From NCBI GenBank assembly GCA_000934665.2, contig JYFJ02002670.1, positions 1-53,791 on the forward strand: DNA of 53,791 nucleotides, in the 5' to 3' direction. Position numbers and translations under genes: made by a program. Positions 1 through 10,270 of the stretch are shown here, piece after piece. The notes beneath the pieces were generated by a model. It made no database searches. It was not told where the DNA came from and saw nothing but the letters and a program-made list of their open reading frames with translations. This stretch comes from Catajapyx aquilonaris (Eukaryota). Position 1 is the stretch's first letter, and each line of letters starts with the position of its first letter.

Positions 1-277
1 CCTTGAAAAATGTAACTCCCAATATGCTAATTTAAGGCGGTGTAGGGGCCTTCCCCCGGATTTCTATAAGGGACAAACAAACTGACAAATTGACAAACTT
101 CCTTATTTATAGAGATAGAGATTATTATTATTATATTGTTATGGTTTTGTGGAAAATATAGGATGATGGATATGTAACTCGTATAAGTCTAGTACATAGG
201 TCTAAATTTACACATTTGTTTTCCAAATTTGGGATTAAAATAACTACTAAGCATTGTTTTTTTTTTGTTTTTTTTAG

Positions 278-3200
278 CTGCAGATCCACCAAAGCCACAG
301 CGGGAAAAGCGTGACAGAGGTTGGTATGTTACAGTTAGATCGTTTGTATATTTTGTGTAACATCTTGCCTTTCTCTTTTCTTCTTTTATATTTTGATTGG
401 AAATCATGTCCTGCTGATGTCATTCTTGATGGGCCTATGGAAGGTAAGGAGTCAACTTGTATAGCATTAATTCAGGGGGTGGGAAACCCAAGTTTGTTGT
501 ACCAAAATTTAAGTCTTCACAAGGTGGTGTTGCAAAGTTACACATGAAGGAGAATGCCCGTGGCTCAGTTTCATTGTCTGATCTAGCCACTCAGCACATG
601 CAGAAATTGTCGTTAAATGCTGCTTCATCGCAATCAGATACAATTATGCTAGGCGTGAATCCATTCAAACCACATGAAAATGAGTCACTAAAGAAACAAG
701 TGGAAGGTGACATTGATCTCACAGTTCTGCTGCATTGGGCACCCACAACACCCTTGCCATCCGCTGAGCCCAAGCCAGAAGTAGAAGTTAAACCTAGTTC
801 CCCTGTTTCCAAAGTTGTTAGGTTTATTGGTCCATTTCCTAGATTTGATCGAAGCCTGGTTGTTGAACCATCTGCTTTGGGCAAAATCATATCCCTTAAG
901 TACAAACAGCGTCCGATTACACCACCAATTGTGTTTCCATCACCCTTCATGACTGAGTGCAATTATCCACACATCAGCCGATTCAAGTTTGACACCCTAT
1001 CCCCAGATGAGATTGTATTGAGAAACTTGGCATTAGAGGAGGAAAGTCGCAAGAATCTGTGACCAAATAGTCCTGCATTCTTGGTTCCATTAACTAGTAC
1101 AAACTGGTTTCAAGTCACAAATGCCTTTTTATAAAGATGTTAATCGCTTTTTTTACTGTACCGTACCTTTAACATTGGTGATTAATACTGGCAATTTGTG
1201 AAGTATTAAACAAGTTTTACATCTCTTTTATTGTTTCCCATATCTACAAAGGGCCGAATTCAGAGAGGTTGCTTAACATAAATGCACCTGATTAAATGCT
1301 TTAGTCATCCTCGACTAGCAAATTTAATCAACCTCCTATACAAAGACGGCGATTAGCGGTAACGACCCCTAATCGCACTTGCTAGCACTCGAGATTTTAA
1401 CAGAGGGAAAGGGGGTTGTTTAAGGGCTGCTTATAGGGAAAAATGGCCGACCTGTGCTACTATATCCGCTGTATGACTGGTGTCACCGAGATTATGGACC
1501 TCGTGTGCCTGCAAAATTCACCATTGCTGTCCTACCTGGCCCGGAACACTTTCCTGATGCCCCTACAGGGCTAGTTTTTGCGGAATAAACACAGGTATGC
1601 GTAGGAAACGGCACACACTGTCACTAGTACACTGGCGGAATAACTACACTATCACAGGCGACACAGGTCGAACCATCGGGCGGGACCCCCCTGGCAGCCC
1701 TGCGGTTTTATTGTATACGCCTGGCACTCTGGACGACGGGCGAAAAATGCCCGGATTTTCTCAGCAGACCATGCTAAACCATGCTCGGAATTTTCTTCCC
1801 TCCACGCCGCCATGTTGGATCAGGCAGTCTGGCGGGAGAGGGTGGTTGGGTGGCAAAAGTCAGGGGGAAGGAGAGGTCTGGCAGAGGTGGTCAGGTCGGG
1901 GGCATACCTGGAGGGCACAAAACGCGTGTAATACAGCTATGCCAACTCGCTTTTTCTTTTTGCTACCTAGCCTCCGTTAGAGGTCTTTGTATGAGAGGTT
2001 GCTTAAAAGCCTTAACCACGCTGTTAGTTAAATGCCCTCGAACCATGCGTTTAGGGCATCTCTCTGAATTCGGCCCTAACCTTTTTGACCTGAGATCTGA
2101 AGCTGCAGGTTTTTAACAGGGAGGAAAGAACTGGACACAGTTAAAGCAGACTTATCTGAGGTTGCTACAGAGGAACCCATTCCTACCCCAGCACTTGTTG
2201 AGGATCCAGCTCATAAGATTGTGTCTGTTAAGGCACAGTCTACTAGCGTGGTCCGTGGCTTTGATGTTTTGGATGGCTCAGGTGTGAATTAAAATGTAGC
2301 ATGTTAAAGCAGTTCATCACATGCCAGTTTTTCAGAATTCCTGGATAAGAGTGAAGGAGTTGATGAAGAAACAGATGAGAAGAAAGGCCTGAAAGAAGTA
2401 AAAGCTCAAAGAATTAAAGATGACAAGGAGGCCTTAGTATCATACAGGAAAGCAAGGAGTGATGCCAAAGATCTTCTGAACCTTGTTGTTATTGGCCATG
2501 TTGATGCAGGAAAGAGTACACTAATGGGCCATCTTCTGTACCAAATTGGAGAAGTTAATAAGAAAACTATGCATAAGTATGAACAAGAAAGCAAGAAGGT
2601 TGGCAAGCAGTCATTTGTGTTTGCCTGGGTCCTAGATGAAACTGGTGAAGAGAGGTCACGTGGGATAACAATGGATGTGGGGCGCTCTAAATTTGAGACA
2701 CCTACAAAATCTATTGCTTTACTGGATGCGCCTGGCCATAAGGACTTCATCCCAAACATGATCACCGGTGCAGCTCAGGCTGATGTAGCTGTATTAGTTG
2801 TTGATGCCACCAGGGGCGAATTTGAGACTGGCTTTGAAAGTGGTGGGCAGACTCGAGAACATGCATTGCTGGTTCGCTCATTAGGCGTGAGCCAGCTAGC
2901 TGTTGCAGTGAATAAGCTGGACACAGTGGATTGGTCACTGGAGAGATTCGAGGAGATCCAGAAGAAGCTCAGCACTTTCCTGAAACAAGCTGGCTTTCGG
3001 GAGAACAACGTGACTTACGTGCCGTGCAGTGGGTTGACTGGCGAGAATTTGATCAGACAGCCAACTGAGCCGCTACTAAAGAAGTGGTACACAGGACCTG
3101 CCCTTGTGGATGTAATCGGTAAGAAATAACATGGTATAAACTAAGCCACTGCATACTTCCATTTGCCTTTGTAGCTCAGTGGAAGAGCAACAACTGAGAG

Positions 3201-5369
3201 TTGGAGGTCCCAGGTTTGATTCCTGGCAAGGGCACTGCTAGTATTGTAGCATGGCTTATGGCATGTGTTATTCATTTTGTGTCTATTTGCTGATTATGAC
3301 ACGACTTGTACAGGTGTGTTTCACTAGGTCCCCAAATACAGTAAAACTGGTATAAGTCGAAGTTCTCTACAAGTCGAATAAAATTATGAGCTTGGTTGGT
3401 CACAATGTAAAATAATAGGAAATGAACTTCCCTAACTCAAATTTCTATAACTCGAAGTCCAGGCAGGGCCTTTTGATGAGATATCAATGCATTTTCAGTC
3501 TCCCTAAGTCGAAGTTCATGTTGGCGAGTACGGAAAATTTTCTCATTTCCCAGCCAAAGAGTCGAGAGTACAGACATGTACAGAAAGGCTTCAATATCCT
3601 AATCTCCGTCTATCAGACGTACTGAAAGAAGTGTTTGACTCTATTGTGACAAATGAATCCTTGAATCTAACAAGCAAAGTAACTTTTCTTACCCTCCTGG
3701 ATTTTGATAATTTAAATTCTGCTTGGCCTATAGTGTTGGGAAAACATCACCTCCGCTGCTAAATTCCACGTTAGCAGGGTGAAAATCCAGCCTAAAGGCG
3801 ATGTTCCGTAAGCCACAACACCAGCGTTCGGTCGCGAGGCGCTCGTCCCGGCTACCCCGGTCGCCTTTCACCGCGTCTGTAGCTCTCTCCGGTGCCACGA
3901 AGGAGAAGGGTCATCTCGCACGCTTTGAAGTTGAAGGCGATTATAATAATGGAGAGCCAGGACAGGGGGCATAATACTACATAAGAGGCGCCAGCATTCG
4001 ATTCGCCTGTCTCTGTTTGATGGGGCCAACGGTGGCGGCCATTTTGAAGAGATGCCAACGAGTGTAAATAGGGTACAGGCAGGCCAAAGCTTCGCCATCT
4101 TTGATTGTTTTGGCGGCGGCCATGGCACTTCACGGCAAGAACACAGGCGAATTTGATTATTTTTGCCGTACTTACGGAATTAATGCGTATAAAAGTGCAT
4201 TAAAGGAGCTCATACGGCAAAAAGATTCTAATTCAGCGGCCAAAACCATCAAAGATGGCGGACCTTTGGCCTGCCTGTACCCTATTTACACCTCGTTGGC
4301 ATCTCTTCAAAATGGCCGCCACCGTTGGCCCCATCAAACAGAGACAGGTGAATCGAATGTTTGCGCCTCTTATGTAGTATTATGCTCCCTGTCCTGGCCC
4401 TCCATTATTATAATCGCCTTCGACTGCAAAGCGTGCGAGATGACCCTTCTCCTTCCTGGCACCGGAGAGAGAGCTACAGACGCGGTGAAAGGCGACCGGG
4501 GCAGCCAGGACGAGCGCCTCGCGACCGAACGCTGGTGTTGTGGCTTACGGAACATCGCCTTTAGGCTGGATTTTCACCCTGCTAACGTGGAATTTAGCAG
4601 TGGAAGTGATGTTTTCTCAACACTATAGGCCAACCAGAATTAAAATTATAAAAATTATCAAAATCCAGGAGGGTAAGAAAAGTTACTTTGCTTGTAAGAG
4701 TAGGCAAATGTCCATAACAGAGATTATTTTTTTTACAAGAAAACAATGAGGAACATTGCAAGTGTGAAAGTGACAGTTATTAAGTTTTGAACACCTTTTG
4801 TCGCTGAATATAAAGGTAGGCTTCATTATAGAGTTATGTCCTTTAAAAAACCCAAACTTCTCTAACTCGAATCTTCTATAACTCGAAGTTTTTTTCTGGT
4901 CCCATGGAGATTCGACTTATAGAAGTTTTACTGTAGCTATATTTTTCTTACTATACTACCTAGAAACATGATGTTTCGGGGGTTTACAACTTAACCTTAG
5001 TTCATGGGAGTGTAGCACCATTTATGATCAATGCTGACATGGTCCTACATCTGTCTTACTGTTTCTCCTTGGGACAGCAGTAGGGGAGACCGGGGCTAGA
5101 TGGCACACTTTTTACATTTCATTTTTTTCTGAGGCCAGTAAAGACTTATTCACTGTAGTTTTTATACTGATAAATACTTTAGACATTTGAGAATATATAT
5201 GTGATATTTTCGCATGATTGCATTTTAGATATGCTCTCCACTAGAAGTTATTTAAAAAGTTTCCGCACGTGTGCCATAGTGCCCCATGAGTGCCTTGGGC
5301 AGGGGGCACGATGGCACAAGGCACGGGCCATGTTGCCACAGTAATATGAGGCTAAGGTAGGGCTTATGA

Positions 5370-5426
<57 letters not shown>

Positions 5427-8400
5427 TAATTGGGGTTAGTGCATTGCACATTGATGGGGATCTGGCACGATACCTTTATTACGCTTTAGGCGTACAGCTA
5501 CATATTTGGTCCTTTTCCGTAACTCCCGGGTACCGCGAGCGATAGGGGATGACAGGAGGGGATGTGCAAAGTGCAAGTGCAATGTCTCAATAGTGGTACA
5601 TTTTGTGAACTCCCCTTAGTCTTTCGGAAATGCCACCCGAGACGAAGCCAGAGACTACCCAACTCTGCATGAGATGAAGGGGGTGTCCCCGGGCTGGGAT
5701 CGAACCTGGGACCTTAACATCCGTGGCCGCATACGTTACCGCAGCACCACTTCGCCTCCCCTCTTATGAAATAATATGAAAATCACTTCCACACACATTA
5801 TCGATTCATATCCATATAGTTACAAGATATTACAAAGATATTCAGAACTTTTTGCCTGCAGGATAACATAGCGTGTCCTCCAGCTAATAAGGAGCAAGTA
5901 GCCAGCAACTGGGGAAAGTGCATGGGCCCGGCCTAATAAGTGACAGGGGAGAGGCACTAGAGGCTGTTATGGTCTGCCGTAGATGCCATGGTCCACCAAG
6001 GTTGGTAGGGACATGTGCCAACGTGCCCCAAGCAAAATGTGCCATCATGCCCCGTAGGCATTTTTTTACCTTTCGAGTCCTCCTACTCTTACGTGACAAA
6101 TATTAAATGACCATTTATGCTGTCATTTTGTAGGCAGATGTTCTGCCTTGCAAGCGCATTATTGGGCTGGGTGATCCAGCACTTCCATTGGAAGAAAAAA
6201 GAAAAACTAATGAAAATTGGAAATTTACTCAAATGGTCAAACCGGGGGGAAAATCGGTACTGCTGCCGACAGTCTTTTGCGATTGAATTGAAAATAGGAT
6301 GTAATGTGGAGCATGTCTATCTGTAATGTGGAGCATGTCTATCTGTACCTACCACAAAAGCAGCAGGTCTGTGAACCTAATAGCTTCAAATATTTGACTG
6401 TGCCATCGTACTCCTGTAGCTATCGTGCCCGGTCTCCCCTACAGGTCACCGCTGTTGTATAGATGGATGGGGGATTCCCCATTTCTCCCTGTAATGTAAC
6501 ATGATCTACCTCGATTTACTTTTAATAATAGCTCCTTTTCAAAGTTTGCATCAGTAAGCCCCCCCCCTCCACGGAGGCACTGGGGGCCAGTGCAGTGTTG
6601 TATTGGATGAACATTTGTAAGCGGGGATAAAGATAATTTGGGAGTAAAGTTCTCACTAACTAACAACAGCAGAACCGATTTTTTAAAGTGTAAATGTAAC
6701 TGACCTCTCTCTTACACATGTGTGCTGTACTTTTCCCATATTCTTAATGTAGTATTTTAAAAAGTCATTTGCATTCAGGAGTAATTTATACCGTCGTAAA
6801 ATTTTAATTCATGTCGTAACAAGGACCCAAAAATGCGGAAAAATGAGGTGCTCCAGACCCGTGAAGCCGATTTTTATATTTAGCTATAACCTTTCGGCAA
6901 ATAATAATTTTGTCAAAATTTGACTGATTTGAGATCTATTAGCAGTTGGAGGAACCCTAATTTTCTCGGTTTATATTGTGCCTAGAGGGAATGGTCAACC
7001 GCAAACGCGACCCTTCTTTTGTGTAGGGAGGGTGGGATCGAGTGTCTCCTCTTTCTGCCAGAGTTGGAACTCGAAGAAGTCCGGATTTTCTATATCCCGG
7101 TCTTAAATCACCGGACTTGAGTCAGACATAATCCGGAGTAGCCATCGGCGCGGAGGGAACCGTCCCACTGTCGCCAAATAAATGAATCATCCGCGTGTTA
7201 AAATAGGTGCTCTTCAAAACCTGCACAGAAAAGTAACTTTGTAACGAAAGTTACAAAGTTACTGTTTAAAGGTAACTAGTTACAAGTTACTTGTGCACAA
7301 AAGTAACGAAGTTACCAGGAAAAGTACTCAAAAATATCTAGTTACTAGTAACCCGTTATTTCTACTCAGTTACTACCCAACTCTGCAATTGGCATCTAAC
7401 ATCGATGATACAACCAATTGTTTGCAGGCCAGACTCCCTTGTAGGCATTAAAACGGATGAGCCAAATATAACATAATACTAATAGCTAATAGTTTTGAAG
7501 ACTGCTAAAAGTAGCTGGTTGAAAATAAGTGGCTTAGTGTCAAAAAATCACAAACTTAAATGGACATTAAAGAGAACAACACCCTGTGTAGCAGATATAC
7601 ATAGGAAATCTTCTGCTGGAATCAAGCTAAATTTTGTACGAGGGTTGGATTTTAAATAGTGGCAACCCTGTTCCCTTGTGCAAGGAAGCGGGGTTGTGGC
7701 TTCTGGTCAAGAGAGATCCAGACAGAGGTGGGGCTTGTTCGTGTCAAGTTTGGACCCGATTGTGCTACTGGTGACGATGACAGGGTAGTTCAAAAGGACC
7801 GCATCCTCGTGAACCACCCTAAGCCATGCCATCGAAGTTAGAACAGAGCTTTTGGTTGAAGATCGAGGTGGCGAGATGCCATGACAATGGCCAGTACTAC
7901 CACGACTTGGAACACCATATGAGACCAGCGATGTGACGCAAGCGACGGAATTTCCTGAACACCAGCTCCATGGCCAGCCCTATCGCATTGCCATGTCACA
8001 GCTGCAGTGACAGAATTATTGCCTCGTTGGCAATGGGAAACACTGCAGCACCCTCCCTCCACACCAGACATGACCCCGTGCGATTTTTGTGATTTTGTTC
8101 ACAAAAATGAAGGAACTAGTGCGATAAACGTATCCAGAGAATTGAAGCGATAGTACACACTTTAGGGCGAGTCATTGCAGATATCAACAAACATCACTGC
8201 ATCCAATGCCTCCCACATGTCTGGAAATGGGCCATGGAGTGAGGGGACGACTATATTGAAGGAATATACCGTATATAACAAATTTGTTAATTTAAAGCTT
8301 TCTTTTGAAACTATCGCAGTGTTGCCACTATTTAAAGTCCAACCCTCGTAAATGACAATTTTCAGCTGGTTACAGGGTCCGTAACATGTAGGTTTTACTC

Positions 8401-9266
8401 TAGTGAGTGTTGGTTATTGTACAGAATCGTAACTTTCCAATTTATGTCCATGTCAGATGGATTCCAACCTCCAGAACGCCCAGTGACCAAACCCTTTCGG
8501 TTCACTATTGGCGACATATTTAAAAGCGCCGGATCTGGATTTTGTGTTGCTGGGAAAGTTGAGACTGGACTAGTACACACTGGTGACAAGACATTGGCCC
8601 AACCACAAGGGGATCTGGGCCAGGTGAAAGGTATGCTAATGCAATACATTGACTGGCAACTGCATCATCTAGCCATTTTTAGGTATTTTAATTGATGAGC
8701 TTCCTGTCAACACGGCCTTTGCTGGTGACCATGTCACTCTTACACTTGCTGGAATAGACATGCAGAATGTGTCAATTGGATCCATCCTGTGTGATCCTGC
8801 ACAACCAATTAGAGCAACCATGCGGTTCCAGGCGCGAGTGGTCGTCTTCAATATAGAAGTGCCCATTACGAAAGGATTCCCTGTAAGACCTTTGCTAGCC
8901 ATTTTATTAAGCTCTAAATGACCATTCTGTCCACTCGACAGGTCATCTTCCATTTCCAGTCATTGGCTGAACAAGCCACAGTTAAGAGGCTGGTATCAAC
9001 TTTGCACAAAAGTACTGGTGAAGCCATGAAGCAAAGGCCAAGGTGCTTAATGAAGAACAGCAATGCCCTGATTGAACTAGAAACCAGCCGGCCTATCTGC
9101 ATAGAGCTATACCAAGATGTGAAGGAACTTGGCAGGTTTATGCTTCGTTCAAGCGGTAGCACCATTGCAGCTGGAATGGTCACAGAGGTTGGTAATTATA
9201 TCTGGACATTTCATTAGCAGAATTTCAAGGTTGGTTTTTTTTTTTTTTACATTTCAGATTTATTGA
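278..9266 (+). CDS. HBS1L: HBS1-like translational GTPase (Pelota partner, no-go/non-stop decay), 5'-partial, multi-exon
   Basis: Phase-consistent GT-AG exons: 278-319, 2120-2281, 2336-3118, 8457-8630, 8683-8882, 8942-9187, 9258-9266 (IY-stop). G1 [61 protein letters not shown], then EF1A-like domains II/III ending [16 protein letters not shown]. The start lies upstream of the window. Confidence 0.95.
476..1062 (+). CDS. HBS1L: Alternative terminal exon of HBS1L encoding a SKI7-like (HBS1LV3-type) C-terminus
   Basis: TTCAG acceptor at 471-475 is phase-compatible with the phase-1 donor after 319. ~195 open codons with [16 protein letters not shown] and C-terminal [13 protein letters not shown], resembling the PSxF and FxFxxPSPDDIV Ski7-type motifs. 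ATTAAA at ~1205-1210. Confidence 0.8.
1251..2076. mobile_element. PIF/Harbinger-like MITE
   Basis: Perfect 17 bp TIR GGGCCGAATTCAGAGAG...CTCTCTGAATTCGGCCC; flanks AAA/TAA (TWA-type TSD with one mismatch); no transposase. Confidence 0.7.
3165..3234 (+). pseudogene. tRNA-like element with complete cloverleaf but non-canonical anticodon loop
   Basis: Acceptor stem GCCTTTG/CAAGGGC, D arm GCTC-AGTGGAA-GAGC, CAAC-TGAGA-GTTG arm, T arm CCAGG-TTTGATT-CCTGG; A-box and degenerate B-box present. Confidence 0.6.
3339..4933. mobile_element. pogo/Tigger-like non-autonomous element containing a nested fold-back
   Basis: TA|CAGTAAAACTGGTATAAGTCGAA ... TTCGACTTATAGAAGTTTTACTG|TA; subterminal repeated AACTCGAA/AAGTCGAA motifs. 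Confidence 0.75.
3666..4699. repeat. Long fold-back inverted repeat, ~450 bp arms and ~115 bp spacer
   Basis: Arms ~3666-4118 and ~4234-4699 are near-identical reverse complements; the ORF track shows mirrored peptides on both strands. Confidence 0.9.
5083..6439. mobile_element. TA-flanked non-autonomous DNA transposon (pogo/Tc1 superfamily-like) interrupted by a SINE
   Basis: TA|GGGGAGACCGGG ... CCCGGTCTCCCC|TA; internal repeated TGCCAT/ATGGCAC motifs. Confidence 0.7.
5377..5762 (-). mobile_element. tRNA-derived SINE with (TTA)n tail
   Basis: Minus-strand head with A-box-like GTGGTGCTGCGGT and B-box GGTTCGATCCC (~5695-5760); (AAT)n at ~5369-5429 is the tail; 14 bp TSD CTTATGAAATAATA at 5363-5376 and 5763-5776. 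Confidence 0.8.
7059..7385. mobile_element. Possible hAT-like MITE remnant with GTAAC/GTTAC subterminal repeats
   Basis: CAGAGTTGG ... CCAACTCTG short inverted ends and dense GTAAC/GTTAC motifs at 7230-7375; no clear TSD. Confidence 0.35.
7639..8348 (+). mobile_element. Internally deleted mariner element with decayed transposase C-terminus
   Basis: TA|CGAGGGTTGGATTTTAAATAGTGGCAAC ... GTTGCCACTATTTAAAGTCCAACCCTCG|TA; at ~8000-8090 [27 protein letters not shown] matches the mariner HPPYSPDLAPxDF motif. Confidence 0.85.
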
Positions 9267-9296
9267 TTTTGACAACATTTGTATCTTAAATAAGGC

Positions 9297-9302
9297 AATA
9301 AA
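9297..9302 (+). promoter_or_regulatory. Polyadenylation signal of full-length HBS1L
   Basis: AATAAA 30 nt after the stop codon at 9264-9266. Confidence 0.6.
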
Positions 9303-9330
9303 ATATCTTGATCCCAGTGAGAACATAACA

Positions 9331-9588
9331 TCGCATCCCGGCAATAACAGGGGCACAAGTCCAAAAATGAAGATTTTGACTTATTACTAGAGCAGGGTCC
9401 ATGACCGTGTGCACATTCAGAATGCATATTCTGATTTAAAAAAATTAAAAATTAAAAATTCTAATTATTCGAATGCTGCATCAATACCTGATTTATGATA
9501 ACACTATACCAACACTATACAACTTTCAAAGTGCTCTCCTGTGAAATTGACTTTTTGGACTTGTACCCCTGTTATTGCCGGGGTGCGA
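9331..9588. mobile_element. Small MITE
   Basis: ~36 bp TIRs TCGCATCCCGGCAATAACAGGGGCACAAGTCCAAAAA / TTTTTGGACTTGTACCCCTGTTATTGCCGGGGTGCGA with AT-rich interior. Confidence 0.7.
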
Positions 9589-9675
9589 CATATTAATTTA
9601 TAGAGATTCCTGAGCAAGGTAGTGTAATAAGTGTCAGTCTGTCATTTGTCCCTGGGTGAAAATGTTTGTACCAAC

Positions 9676-9983
9676 CATGGTCTGACAATAGGAAGGTCTG
9701 GTAACTCCCCTCTTATCGCCTTAGGGGCCTGCGTGATTGCGCTTTTCAGGCACGAATTGACATTTGGCGACCCTACCGGACTGCTGTGAACTTAGGTAGA
9801 AGAGACGCTTGCTTCTCTTGCAGTCTTCTCTTCTACCTAAGTTCAGAGCAGTCCGGTAGGGTCGCCAAATGTCAATTCGTGCCTGAAAAGTGCAATCACG
9901 TAGGCACCTGCCGCAAACCACTCTGTCAGGGCCCTAAGACGATAAGAGGGGGAGTGTCCAGACCTTACTATTCTAAGACCATG
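9676..9983. mobile_element. Palindromic MITE, probably hAT-like
   Basis: CATGGTC...GACCATG ends, almost entirely self-complementary; 8 bp TSD GTACCAAC/GTACGAAC (1 mismatch). Confidence 0.75.
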
Positions 9984-10270
9984 GTACGAACCATGCTCAC
10001 TTGACTTTCTATTGCCATTCTCTCCAGGACCGTTATTTTTTCTTTTTTAGCTGTCCTTACTCTCCAATATTCAAGCAATTGAAATAAATTGAGTGGAAGG
10101 AAATAGTCCCCTACTAGGACTCCCGTCCATTGGAAAGGATAGGGGTTAGAGACTTCCTTGTTCATTCCCAGCATGTTCTGGATGGTCTGCTTGAAAATCA
10201 ATAGCTGGGGCGGGGGGGTCCTCTCCTCCCACCCACTCCATCCCCAGCTCTTCTCAACCCTACTCCCAAG

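Noticed and set aside
2524..3129. EF-1alpha or eRF3 assignment for the GTPase
   Set aside because: [31 protein letters not shown] and the N-terminal extension fit HBS1L better.
3852..4628. Mirror-image ORFs sharing the peptide [22 protein letters not shown]
   Set aside because: A by-product of the inverted repeat; no recognisable domain or splice context.
5248..5451. Poly-Tyr/Leu ORFs (and poly-Ile at 24749-24955)
   Set aside because: Translations of (AAT)n microsatellites.
6300..6345. 22 bp tandem duplication (also a 13 bp duplicate at 17059-17088)
   Set aside because: Ordinary local slippage duplications with no sign of function.
9188..9217. HBS1L C-terminus VGNYIWTFH as in the ORF track
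   Set aside because: Read-through of a GT donor at 9188; a strong polypyrimidine acceptor at 9257 gives the more plausible IY-stop end.
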